Below are positions 53,837 through 64,000 of a stretch of 64,000 nucleotides of DNA, piece by piece. Origin of the DNA: an uncultured Bacteroidales bacterium. GTDB taxonomy: Bacteria; Bacteroidota; Bacteroidia; Bacteroidales; WCHB1-69. The stretch's first letter is position 1. Every line of letters starts with the position of its first letter. The notes under the pieces are model-generated. The model worked only from the letters and a program-made list of their open reading frames with translations, was not told the origin of the DNA and searched no databases. The stretch covers positions 18,481 through 82,480 of the forward strand of contig ONHS01000004.1 of the NCBI GenBank assembly GCA_900317715.1, written 5' to 3'. The translations under genes were made by a program, and so were the position numbers.

Positions 53837-55044
53837 GGATCTACGGTGATGGTTTGGATAGTGTTTATAATATCTTCACTATAAGGAACTTGCACTCTGA
53901 TGTAATTGTCGGTAAAACCGGACAGCATATCGTCTGCCACCTGAGATTCCACCAACACGGGACGCTCTTGACCGGCGCATTGTTCGTAGAAAATGCGCTT
54001 CTTCTCGTTGGAGAGGGCGATGAGGCGCTCGCTGCGTTCGCTCTTCACATCCTCGGAAATCTGATCCTCCATGATGTTGGCGGCGGTACGGGGACGACGT
54101 GAGTAGCTGAACACGTGCATATAGCTGATAGGCAGATCGGAAAGGAAGTTGTAAGTCTCTTCGAACTCCTCGTCGGTTTCGCCAGGGAAGCCTACAATGA
54201 CATCGCAAGCGACGCAGGCATCGGGCATCAACTTCTTGATTTTCTTGACCTTTTCAGCGTATTGCTCGGTGGTGTAACGACGACGCATCTCGGTGAGGAT
54301 GCGGTCGCAACCCGACTGCAGCGGCAGGTGGAAGTGCGGCATCAGCATCTCGTTCTTGGCCACCAGTTTGATGACATCGTCCGTGAGCAGTTCAGGTTCG
54401 ATGGAGGAGATGCGCACGCGCTCAATGGCCTTCTGTTTCACGATGGCCTTCATGAGTTTGGTGAAATCCTCGTTGGTGCCACGACCGAAGTCGCCGATGT
54501 TCACGCCCGTGAGATTCACTTCATGAACGCCTTGATCGGCAATCTCTTTGATATTCTTGAGCACGCCGTCGATGGTGTCGCTGCGACTCTTGCCGCGGGC
54601 GATCCACACGGTGCAGTAAGTACAGTGGGTGTTGCAGCCGTCCTGGATTTTGAGGAACGAGCGGGTGCGGTCGTGAATCGAGTAGGTGGCGAAGAAGTTG
54701 GGGGAAGGTTTCACTTCGCGGGTGACGATGTAATCGACGACGCTCATCTTGTTGTGGCTGCCGAAAACCTTATCGACACCGGCCCAGCGCTCGAGCAGTT
54801 CGGGCTTGAGGGCGCTGTAGCAGCCGATAAGCATGATAGCGGCCAGCGGGTTCTCGCGGTGGAGTTTGGAAACCAGGTTACGGGTCTTCTTCTCGGCAGA
54901 ACCGGTCACCGCGCAAGTGTTCACGATGACGATTTCGGGCACGCCGCCTTGGGTCCAGCCGCGTTTCTCCAGTTCAGCGGCAATCGCGGATGACTCGCTG
55001 AAATTCAGCTTGCATCCTAACGTATGTATTACAAAATTCTTCAT
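53818..55044 (-). CDS. mtaB: tRNA (t6A37) methylthiotransferase MtaB (radical SAM, MiaB-like)
   Basis: 408 aa. N-terminal UPF0004 Cys pattern (TLGCKLN...NTCAVT...GC) and radical-SAM motif (CNTHCTYC). The shortened C-terminal TRAM-like end is typical of MtaB. Confidence 0.8.
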   Translation of the reverse strand: MKNFVIHTLGCKLNFSESSAIAAELEKRGWTQGGVPEIVIVNTCAVTGSAEKKTRNLVSKLHRENPLAAIMLIGCYSALKPELLERWAGVDKVFGSHNKMSVVDYIVTREVKPSPNFFATYSIHDRTRSFLKIQDGCNTHCTYCTVWIARGKSRSDTIDGVLKNIKEIADQGVHEVNLTGVNIGDFGRGTNEDFTKLMKAIVKQKAIERVRISSIEPELLTDDVIKLVAKNEMLMPHFHLPLQSGCDRILTEMRRRYTTEQYAEKVKKIKKLMPDACVACDVIVGFPGETDEEFEETYNFLSDLPISYMHVFSYSRRPRTAANIMEDQISEDVKSERSERLIALSNEKKRIFYEQCAGQERPVLVESQVADDMLSGFTDNYIRVQVPYSEDIINTIQTITVDPCRTVL

Positions 55045-55103
55045 TTACTCAGTCTCTTAACAATACAAAATACCCTTAAAATTAATCAAATTTTTTGGGC
55101 GTG

Positions 55104-55111
55104 CAAAATTA
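55104..55111 (-). promoter_or_regulatory. -7 box TAatTTTG for the mtaB/M16/recR operon
   Basis: The reverse complement of caaaatta matches. Lies 60 nt upstream of ATG 55044. Confidence 0.55.
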
Positions 55112-55142
55112 CACTTTTTTTTTGAATTGTCAAAGAGAAAAA

Positions 55143-57578
55143 TTATGCTTTGCCTCCGAGATGCTCCACTCTCCGCTTCATGAACGGGATTTTCATGAGC
55201 CAACGGAAGAATAGCGGCTGTAACGTATAGGTAATCAGGATGGTGGAAATCATGCCGATCAACGCGCATTCGCCGATGGAGACGATGGTCGGATGTTTCG
55301 CGAACAGCATGGCCGCCATCACGACAATCAACACCAAGCCCGAAAAGAAAATGGCCACCTTATGGTACTCCAACAGTTTGCTTCCCTTCATACACTCTTT
55401 GTTGATCAACCCTTTCATGACGAAAATGCTGTAATCGACACCGATACCGAAGATGAAGGTGGAAATCACAATGTTGATCATGTTGAAGGAAAGACCGAGA
55501 ATCGCCATCCAACCTTGCACCACATACCAACTCACAAACATCGGCATGAAGGCGAGCAGCGATATCAAAAGGTCTCTAAAAGAGAAGAGTAGCACCACAA
55601 ACACGAAGATGGAAGAAATGAGCAATGCCATCTTGAAGTCTTTGTGAATCAGGGCAATCATGCCTCCTGTGTAATATAAGGGGTCCATCACCACGACATG
55701 CGGTCTGGAGGCGACCAAATCGCTGACATCGCCCACTTTGTCTTTGTTCAACTGCGGAGCGTTGAAGATCAAATATTTGCCATCGGTTTCTTCAATAAAG
55801 TTGCAGAGCAGTCCTTCGGGGACAATTTCTGACTCGTAAAGGTTGCCGGGCTCGTATTCCGCCTCGATCATCGCCTGGAACGGCACGAAAATGTCGGGTG
55901 AGAGCTCGTTTTTCGCTGCAGCTGATTTCACGGCGGCCATGGCTTGGGCCACCTTCTCTGGGGTCCAATAACGCTGCCAAGCGGCGATACGGCGTTCCTG
56001 TTCCGCCTGCGACTGGAACATGAGCGACGCCACCGGCGTGTAGTTGATCAGGTCGCCGGTCTTGCGCAAGGAATCCAAAGTGGCGGAAATCGCCATGTTG
56101 GCATCCAACGCCTGATCCAATTCCGTGGCCGTTACCGCATAATAACGTTGCACACCGCCGTGATCGTTTTTCTCGGCATACAATTGTTGGGATTTCTTGA
56201 AAGCTTCGCTCTCATAACCGATGTTTTTCAAATCATTGTCAAACTGCACCTTGCCGGAAAAGATGAACCCGACGACGATGACAATGCACAAAGCGGTGAT
56301 GATAATCGGATTACGGTCGTATGGGTAATTGTTGATTTTGTCAATCAATTTGAACGCTTTTTTACTGTGTTTGGCATCCTTGACATTCAGGAAATGAGGC
56401 AGGAAGACCAATGCGAAGAAGGTGCTGCCGATGAGTGCGAAGGTGGCGAACAGACCGAAATCCTTCAGCAGCTCACTGTCGGTAAACATCAGACCCAAAA
56501 ACGCGCCGATGGTGGTGAGACAACCGAGACATACGGGGATGGCCTCTTCTTTCAACATCTGTTCCACATCGCCCACAAACCGCTGATGTACAATCACATG
56601 CAAGCAATAGCTGAGCGCAACACCCAAAATCACGGAACCCACGCCCAACGCCATCAACGACATGCCACCCTTGATCCAGTACATGCAGGCCAAAGCGAAA
56701 ATAGTGCCGTAGAGGATGGGCAGCAGATTCTGCCAGATGATATTGTAGCTCTTGAAACTGAGGCACAAATAGAGGAGGATCAGCACTAAAGAGACACCGA
56801 TGGTGAGGGCAATGTCCCGTTTCATGGTGCTGGCGTTGTTGGCGGATTCCACCACTGCGCCATGCATCAGCACTTCCACCTCTGGGTGCTTCTCGTTGAA
56901 TTCTTGGATACAATCGCGAAGATGGTTGATGAGTTTACCGCCTTCTTGAGAGTTGAAAGTCTGGAAATCAGGAGAGATGAAGATCAACGCCACAGTGCTG
57001 TCGGCGCAGAAAAGATGTCCGTCGATGAGGGTGAAGCCCATGCCGCCGGCGACATCGGGCATCAGGCACTCGCGCAGTCCTAGCGGGTCGGTGGAGACCA
57101 ACTCGGAGACCATGCCGGTTTCATCGTTCATGATCATTTCGTAGTTGCGGGCCATCGTCTCGTCGGCGTGCGCGATAGCAGAGTCGAAACGGGCGTACAT
57201 CGTCGTGTCCACGAACGACGGTACATGCATCATCGCGTAGTCGAGCGCGTTGAGCGCCATGTCGGGCTCCAGACGATAGAGCGTGTTGGCGATGCCTTCG
57301 TCGTTGGTGAGGATGGAATCCATCAGTTCATCCACATATCCGACCAACGCCTCGGGTTCCGCACCCGTCATCTGCATGAAGAGTTTGTCCTTGACTTTCA
57401 CATTGCCGAATACCAAATCGCACTCCGATTTGTCAGTTTTTGGTAAAAGTTTCATCAAATCTTCCTCAAAATGCGCCTTTGATGCGAAAAAGGCAAAAAC
57501 GGCACTACTTATAATAATTAAGGTATATAACAGCCATTTGTGCTGCGTGAAAAATCGGTAAATCTTTACAAAAAACAT
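55143..57578 (-). CDS. MMPL/RND-superfamily predicted lipid exporter
   Basis: 811 aa. Two blocks of about 6 TM helices, each preceded by a large soluble loop, as in COG4258-type predicted exporters. Confidence 0.8.
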   Translation of the reverse strand: MFFVKIYRFFTQHKWLLYTLIIISSAVFAFFASKAHFEEDLMKLLPKTDKSECDLVFGNVKVKDKLFMQMTGAEPEALVGYVDELMDSILTNDEGIANTLYRLEPDMALNALDYAMMHVPSFVDTTMYARFDSAIAHADETMARNYEMIMNDETGMVSELVSTDPLGLRECLMPDVAGGMGFTLIDGHLFCADSTVALIFISPDFQTFNSQEGGKLINHLRDCIQEFNEKHPEVEVLMHGAVVESANNASTMKRDIALTIGVSLVLILLYLCLSFKSYNIIWQNLLPILYGTIFALACMYWIKGGMSLMALGVGSVILGVALSYCLHVIVHQRFVGDVEQMLKEEAIPVCLGCLTTIGAFLGLMFTDSELLKDFGLFATFALIGSTFFALVFLPHFLNVKDAKHSKKAFKLIDKINNYPYDRNPIIITALCIVIVVGFIFSGKVQFDNDLKNIGYESEAFKKSQQLYAEKNDHGGVQRYYAVTATELDQALDANMAISATLDSLRKTGDLINYTPVASLMFQSQAEQERRIAAWQRYWTPEKVAQAMAAVKSAAAKNELSPDIFVPFQAMIEAEYEPGNLYESEIVPEGLLCNFIEETDGKYLIFNAPQLNKDKVGDVSDLVASRPHVVVMDPLYYTGGMIALIHKDFKMALLISSIFVFVVLLFSFRDLLISLLAFMPMFVSWYVVQGWMAILGLSFNMINIVISTFIFGIGVDYSIFVMKGLINKECMKGSKLLEYHKVAIFFSGLVLIVVMAAMLFAKHPTIVSIGECALIGMISTILITYTLQPLFFRWLMKIPFMKRRVEHLGGKA

Positions 57579-57629
57579 ATCAAATCTTTATAATTCTATA
57601 CAAAAAAAACTCTGCTAATTTAGCGGCGG

Positions 57630-57637
57630 CAAAAGTA
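57630..57637 (-). promoter_or_regulatory. -7 box TActTTTG for the MMPL exporter
   Basis: The reverse complement of caaaagta matches. Lies 52 nt upstream of ATG 57578 and forms one half of a palindrome with 57651-57658. Confidence 0.6.
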
Positions 57638-57650
57638 CACAAATTTTGTG

Positions 57651-57658
57651 TATCTTTG
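57651..57658 (+). promoter_or_regulatory. -7 box TAtcTTTG for the Spt-like/SDR operon
   Basis: tatctttg, 145 nt before ATG 57803. Confidence 0.55.
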
Positions 57659-57766
57659 CCGCTTCTTAAATTGATTGGTTTAGTGGGGCTTAGAAATGTT
57701 AAAAAAACTGAAAATCAGAAAAATGAGGGAATGGCTAGACCGATTCGATTTTTTGATTATGCATGA

Positions 57767-59790
<2,024 letters not shown>

Positions 59791-59814
59791 CGGGAATATT
59801 CAATGTTCCCACAG

Positions 59815-59853
59815 GTAGAGACGCGCCAATGGCACGTCTCTACTTTTGTTTTT
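59815..59853 (+). terminator. terminator after the SDR gene; near-identical copy of the glyQS terminator
   Basis: GTAGAGACG-cgccaatggca-CGTCTCTAC followed by ttttgttttt. Confidence 0.75.
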
Positions 59854-60967
59854 ACATGTGGCGTTTATACGCTCTTCTGCGCATGAACGGGTGGGTGATA
59901 TATTCGCCGAACAACGATTGCACCTTGTAATTTTCCTCCAGTTGCGGGTTCATGATGATGGTGTCGATACCTCGTTTGATGCAGTTTTCATGCAGGTATT
60001 TGAACATCAACATCGGAATGCCACATTGTTGATACTCAGGTAACACGCCCATGATCAAGGCTTCCAGGGTGTCGTTTTTCTTCAACGCCTTCATGATGCG
60101 GATGAAACCGAAGGGGAACAGACGACCGTTGGATTTTTTCACCGCTTTCGAGAGGGATGGCACGCAGAAAAGGAAGCCTATCGGCTGGTCTTTGTCGTTG
60201 ACGGCCACCGCCACGAAATCCTTGTCCAAAATAGGTACGTAAGTTTTCAGATACGAATCTATCTGCTTGTCAGTCAGGGGTGAAAAACCGTGCAAAGGAG
60301 CAAACGCTTCGTTGTACATGTGGAAAATTTCCATGCCGTAGCGCTTGCACATGTCGTTCATGCTTTTCGGCTGGACAACGTGCACGTGGAATCTATCCTC
60401 AATCAATTTAGAGAATTCGAACATTTTGGGCAATGTCTTGCTCACCTCCAGCGTACGTTGGGTCCAATCCACCTCTTTCGTAAAGCCAAGCTTCTCCAAC
60501 ATGGGTCCGTAGTAAGGATAGTTGTAGAGGCAGGTGAAGGGGCTCAAATGTTCGAAACCTTCCACCAGCAAGCCTTCCTTGTCCATGTCGGTGAAACCCC
60601 ACGGACCGCGCATGTCGGTGCGATCGCGTTGGCGACCCCATTCCGCAACGGTGTCGATCAGGGCTTTGAGAACTTCTTCGTCTTCGATGAAGTCCAACCA
60701 TCCGAAACGTACGATATGTTGCTCGTTGGTGGCCTTGTGGTTGATGATAGCGGCCACGCGACCTACGATCTCATCGCCGCGATACGCTAAGAAACAGTCG
60801 GCTTCGCAAAAGTCGTAAGCCCCGTTTTTCTTAGGTTTGAAGGTGTCGTATTCATCGCCTTCCAAAGCGGGCACCCAATTGGCACAATCTTTATATAAAT
60901 GAAGAGGAAAAGTCACAAACAGCTTCATCTGCTTGCGACTTTCCACCTTGACGATATTGATATTCAT
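59852..60967 (-). CDS. GNAT-fold N-acyltransferase-like protein (371 aa, family not firmly recognised)
   Basis: Two-lobed protein. The N-lobe pattern is FPLHLYKDCANWVPALEGDEYDTF...GDEIVGRVAAIIN. The C-lobe carries an acyl-CoA-binding-like LPEYQQCGIPMLMF motif (Q/R-x-x-G-x-G/A-like). It is the last gene of the ligase-ACP operon. Confidence 0.6.
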   Translation of the reverse strand: MNINIVKVESRKQMKLFVTFPLHLYKDCANWVPALEGDEYDTFKPKKNGAYDFCEADCFLAYRGDEIVGRVAAIINHKATNEQHIVRFGWLDFIEDEEVLKALIDTVAEWGRQRDRTDMRGPWGFTDMDKEGLLVEGFEHLSPFTCLYNYPYYGPMLEKLGFTKEVDWTQRTLEVSKTLPKMFEFSKLIEDRFHVHVVQPKSMNDMCKRYGMEIFHMYNEAFAPLHGFSPLTDKQIDSYLKTYVPILDKDFVAVAVNDKDQPIGFLFCVPSLSKAVKKSNGRLFPFGFIRIMKALKKNDTLEALIMGVLPEYQQCGIPMLMFKYLHENCIKRGIDTIIMNPQLEENYKVQSLFGEYITHPFMRRRAYKRHM

Positions 60968-60981
60968 ATTTTAATTTTTTT

Positions 60982-61065
60982 GGGAGTAGGGAATAGGGAG
61001 TAGGCTTTAGACCACCTGAACCATAAACCATAAACCTTAAACTCTATACCATAAACTAAATAGTG
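60982..61065. repeat. heptanucleotide array, 12 units (GGGAGTA/GGGAATA x3, ..., TAAACCA/TAAACCT/TAAACTC family)
   Basis: Fills the spacer between the ACP stop (61056-61058) and the start of the GNAT-like gene (60967). Confidence 0.9.
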
Positions 61066-61298
61066 GAATGAGCCGTGATGTAGTCAATCACTTCGCCTAC
61101 GGTCTCGAATTTTGGGGTCCCTTCGAATTTGAATCCGAACTTGTTCTCAACGGCGAGGCTGAGCAACAGGATGGTGAGGGAATCAAGACCGACATCGCGG
61201 ACGAGTTGTGACTCCTCCGTGACCGTAGTCAGATCCATAGAGGGCTTTATGAGTGTCAGAATCTCTTTCAATTCTTTTAAGATAGCTTCTCTTTCCAT
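61056..61298 (-). CDS. acyl carrier protein
   Basis: 80 aa. Phosphopantetheine attachment motif DVGLDSLT. Starts 4 nt downstream of the ligase stop. Confidence 0.85.
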   Translation of the reverse strand: MEREAILKELKEILTLIKPSMDLTTVTEESQLVRDVGLDSLTILLLSLAVENKFGFKFEGTPKFETVGEVIDYITAHSTI

Positions 61299-61302
61299 TG
61301 AT

Positions 61303-62799
61303 TTATTGATTACGTGAAACTTTCAGAGCACCGGTACGTTTGAAGTCCTCCTTGCGCACGGTGATTTTGCTGACTTGGTGCGTGCTCGGCAGCGTGGCGT
61401 TGACCTTGCCGACGAGTTCCTTGAAGTAGGCCTCGACCTCTTCCCAAGGTGCGTTACCGAATTCGTCGATACGCGGCAGGATTTCGATGGCGATCACCTT
61501 GCGGCCGTCCATTTCGTCTTCCTTCACCAAGCAGTCGCGGAGTTTGTTGTCCTTGTAGAACGGTTCCTCGATGCTTTCGGGGCTGATGTTCTCGCCGTTG
61601 GAGAGGATGATCAGGTTCTTGATGCGGCCCACGATGTACATGAAGCCGTCTTCGTCGAAGCGGACGAGGTCGCCGGTTTTGACCCAGCCGTCGGGCGTGA
61701 GAGTCTCAGCGGTCTTTTCGGGCTCGCCATAGTAGCCGAGGAAGACGTTGTCGCCACGGAACCACAATTCGCCATCAACCACCTTGGCTTCCTGTTCGGG
61801 ATAGAGCTTACCGACAGACGTGGGTCTGGTTTTCACGTCGATGTTGCCGGTGGTGAGGTTAGCACCTTCGGTCATGCCGTAGCCGCCGAAGAGGTTGATG
61901 CCCAGCTCGTCGAATTCGCCGATGAGTTTCGGGGGCACGTTGGCAGCGCCGGAAATGATGACTTTGAGTGCGCCGCCAAGGAAGTTCTTGCCGTACATTT
62001 TAATGAGTCCCAGCAAGATTTCGCAGATACCGGGAACCGCCACAATCATGGTAGGTCTGATCACAGGCAACTTGCCGATGGTGTCTTTGGTGTTACCCAC
62101 AGAAAACCAGGAAGCACCTTTATAAAGAACTGACAATGTGCTGAAAATCAATCCGAAAACGTGGCTGAGCGGCAACACGCATGCGTAACGGTGGCAACCG
62201 AGTTGATGTCCCGGAGCGTAGAGGCCGTTCAGTGCGCCGCGCATCAAAGCACGGTGAGGCAGGATAGCGCCTTTCGGTGCGCCCGTCGTGCCGCCCGTAA
62301 AGAAGATGGCAGCTGGATCGTTCTTGTCAACCGTGGCAACCGGTGCGGTGTGGTCGGCCATATCCGAAATGGCGATCACCTTGCAGGGAGCCTCTTTCAC
62401 TGCTTCGATGAAGGATGGGCCGGCGGCCAGCACCTTCACGCCGAACTTCATGCAGCAGCCGACGATAGCCTGTGCGGGCAGCATAGCCGGCAAGTTGATG
62501 GCTACATAACCGCCAGAGGTGGCAGCGAGGAAATACTCCACAGCATCGGTGGTGGAGTTGTCCAAGATGGCGACTTTATCGCCTTTTTGCAGACCGAAGC
62601 TGTTGAGGAGGGCGCGTTTGCGTGCCACACGGTCACAGACTTGGCTGTATGTATAAGTGTTCACCGTATCGGAAAGACACGGCAGATCGGACCATTTTTG
62701 TTCAATCCAGGTTACAAATTCGGGAAGAGTGGGAATGTACTTCACCTGCGCGAGCTCCTCGGCAGGAAGCATTGAAGGGAAATAATTATTTTCTTGCAT
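61303..62799 (-). CDS. AMP-dependent synthetase/ligase (acyl-ACP synthetase / fatty-acyl-AMP ligase-like)
   Basis: 498 aa. FFTGGTTGAPKGAILPHRAL, GYGMTEG, and TGDLVRFDEDGFMYIVGRIKN. Confidence 0.85.
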   Translation of the reverse strand: MQENNYFPSMLPAEELAQVKYIPTLPEFVTWIEQKWSDLPCLSDTVNTYTYSQVCDRVARKRALLNSFGLQKGDKVAILDNSTTDAVEYFLAATSGGYVAINLPAMLPAQAIVGCCMKFGVKVLAAGPSFIEAVKEAPCKVIAISDMADHTAPVATVDKNDPAAIFFTGGTTGAPKGAILPHRALMRGALNGLYAPGHQLGCHRYACVLPLSHVFGLIFSTLSVLYKGASWFSVGNTKDTIGKLPVIRPTMIVAVPGICEILLGLIKMYGKNFLGGALKVIISGAANVPPKLIGEFDELGINLFGGYGMTEGANLTTGNIDVKTRPTSVGKLYPEQEAKVVDGELWFRGDNVFLGYYGEPEKTAETLTPDGWVKTGDLVRFDEDGFMYIVGRIKNLIILSNGENISPESIEEPFYKDNKLRDCLVKEDEMDGRKVIAIEILPRIDEFGNAPWEEVEAYFKELVGKVNATLPSTHQVSKITVRKEDFKRTGALKVSRNQ

Positions 62800-62825
62800 A
62801 TCGTAGATATTAAGATTTAAGGCTG

Positions 62826-62833
62826 CAAAGATA
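62826..62833 (-). promoter_or_regulatory. -7 box TAtcTTTG for the ligase-ACP-GNAT operon
   Basis: The reverse complement of caaagata matches. Lies 27 nt upstream of ATG 62799. Confidence 0.6.
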
Positions 62834-63000
62834 TAAAAATCTTAATATCTGTTAATTTTCCTGTTTTTTGACGTTAACTGGTTGAAAAACAATGCATTTT
62901 TTGGAAGCGGCCTTTTGATGAGGATGACGTGAAAACATCATAATTTGGATGTTTTCACACCATCGCTGACAATTTCACTCTTCCTTATTCAATATTTTTT

Positions 63001-63008
63001 TAACTTTG
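63001..63008 (+). promoter_or_regulatory. -7 box TAacTTTG for the 63033 gene
   Basis: taactttg, 25 nt before ATG 63033. Confidence 0.6.
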
Positions 63009-63032
63009 CACCCGAATTTTTAACCCCTCATT

Positions 63033-63350
63033 ATGGAACTTCAAAACATCCAAGAATTCGAGCTTTACGCCCTGTTGTATGTGGCGGCGCTGGATATGAA
63101 AACCAGTAAGGAAGAACAAAAGTTGATTAACGCCAAGATGGCGGGCGAATCATTTGAGCATGTGAAGGACATGTTCGAGCAAGACAATGATGCCCAGCGA
63201 GTGCAAACGATTACGCAGGCGGCTGCAAAGTATCTCAAGACCGACGAACAAAGAGCAGCGTTTATGGACGAGCTCAAAAAGATGGCCGCAGCCGACAGCA
63301 CCACTCCCTTTGAGGCCGTCGCCCTTTCCATGTTGGAGAATCTTCTTTAA
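63033..63350 (+). CDS. hypothetical small helical protein
   Basis: 105 aa, all-helical and acidic, with its own -7 box 25 nt upstream. No family recognised. Confidence 0.5.
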   Translation: MELQNIQEFELYALLYVAALDMKTSKEEQKLINAKMAGESFEHVKDMFEQDNDAQRVQTITQAAAKYLKTDEQRAAFMDELKKMAAADSTTPFEAVALSMLENLL

Positions 63351-63483
63351 TTCATAATTCATAATGCATAATGCATAATTTAGGCCAACAGCTAACAGCT
63401 AACAGCTAAAAGCTAACAGCCAATAGCCAATAGCTAACAGCCAAAAGCCAATAACAAACAGACAATAATTAAATTAACGAAAT
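63351..63483. repeat. heptanucleotide array, 19 units (TTCATAA x2, TGCATAA x2, then CAACAGC/TAACAGC/CAATAGC family x10, A-rich tail)
   Basis: Exactly 133 nt = 19 x 7 from the base after stop 63348-63350 to the base before the lpdA ATG at 63484. Confidence 0.95.
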
Positions 63484-64000
63484 ATGGAAAATAACTATGA
63501 TGTTATCGTGATCGGAAGTGGTCCTGGCGGCTATGTGGCTGCGATTCGGGCCAGTCAGTTGAACCTCAAAACCGCTGTGGTGGAGCGCGCCGAACTGGGC
63601 GGTATCTGCCTCAACTGGGGCTGCATCCCCACCAAAGCGTTGCTGAAGAGTGCGCAAGTATATAAATATATGTCACACGCTGCCGACTATGGCATCACCC
63701 TCGAAGGCACTGTCGCCCCCGACTTCCAAGCCGTGGTGAAACGCAGTCGCGGTGTGGCCGAGCAGATGAGCAAGGGCGTGCAGTTCCTGCTCAAGAAGAA
63801 CAATGTGGATGTGATTGCCGGTTTCGGTAAACTCGCTGGAAATCATCAGGTTGAAGTGACCGCCGCTGATGGTACGAAGACCCTCTACGAGGCCAAGCAC
63901 ATTATCCTCGCCACGGGTGCGCGTTCCCGCAGTCTGCCCAACGTGCCGCAAGACGGCAAGAAGATCATCGGTTACCGCGAGGCTTTGACGCTTCCCGAAC
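63484..64000 (+). CDS. lpdA: dihydrolipoyl dehydrogenase, 5' part (continues beyond right edge)
   Basis: Own translation gives MENNYDVIVIGSGPGGYVAAIRASQLNLKTAVVERAELGGICLNWGCIPTKALL... FAD GxGxxG motif and redox-active CLNWGCIP disulfide. Open to the window end. Confidence 0.9.
   Translation, partial: MENNYDVIVIGSGPGGYVAAIRASQLNLKTAVVERAELGGICLNWGCIPTKALLKSAQVYKYMSHAADYGITLEGTVAPDFQAVVKRSRGVAEQMSKGVQFLLKKNNVDVIAGFGKLAGNHQVEVTAADGTKTLYEAKHIILATGARSRSLPNVPQDGKKIIGYREALTLPE

Noticed and set aside
54115-54993. 292-aa plus-strand ORF inside mtaB, and similar long antisense ORFs at 5006-5863, 18627-19571, 55944-56789, 61375-62133 and 38394-39134
   Set aside because: All lie antisense to, or out of frame within, genes with strong family signatures, and none has motifs of its own. 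I treated them as GC3-driven artefacts.

Overview
This 64 kb window looks like a chromosomal segment from a Bacteroidota (Bacteroidales-like) genome. The signs are repeated TAnnTTTG -7 promoter boxes with no Shine-Dalgarno sequences, T9SS C-terminal sorting domains, a PorT-like barrel, CarboxypepD_reg/TonB-type receptors, and DUF4270 and GWxTD proteins. It holds about 60 genes, mostly housekeeping or envelope functions (glyQS, ansA, aqpZ, cutC, rpmB, mtaB, lpdA, SulP, an AI-2E transporter, an M16 peptidase, a flippase, glycosyltransferases) plus one tRNA-Leu(GAG). I saw no rRNA, CRISPR array, transposase or integrase. Four things stand out. (1) Many intergenic spacers are built entirely from phase-locked 7-nt tandem units drawn from a small vocabulary (CAGTTAG, CCAACAG/CCAATAG, CCCTAAA, TTCATAA, GTTCAAA, GGGAATA, ATGATGA and others). 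These units are oriented relative to the flanking genes, place stop codons in all three frames, and often supply the stop codon of the upstream ORF. (2) A compact lipid-biosynthesis island (55.1-62.8 kb) combines an Spt/AONS-like PLP enzyme, an SDR, an acyl-AMP ligase, an ACP, a 371-aa GNAT-fold protein and an MMPL exporter. This gene set resembles the bacterial ceramide or sulfonolipid pathway. (3) A small low-GC islet carries a GNAT-toxin TA pair and a decayed HicB-like gene. (4) An AT-rich four-helix-bundle gene is bracketed by inverted heptamer arrays and sits between a disrupted recR and a 5'-damaged patB-like gene. Several other short hairpin repeat families are also present. All calls rest on reading the sequence and ORF translations only; no database searches were run.
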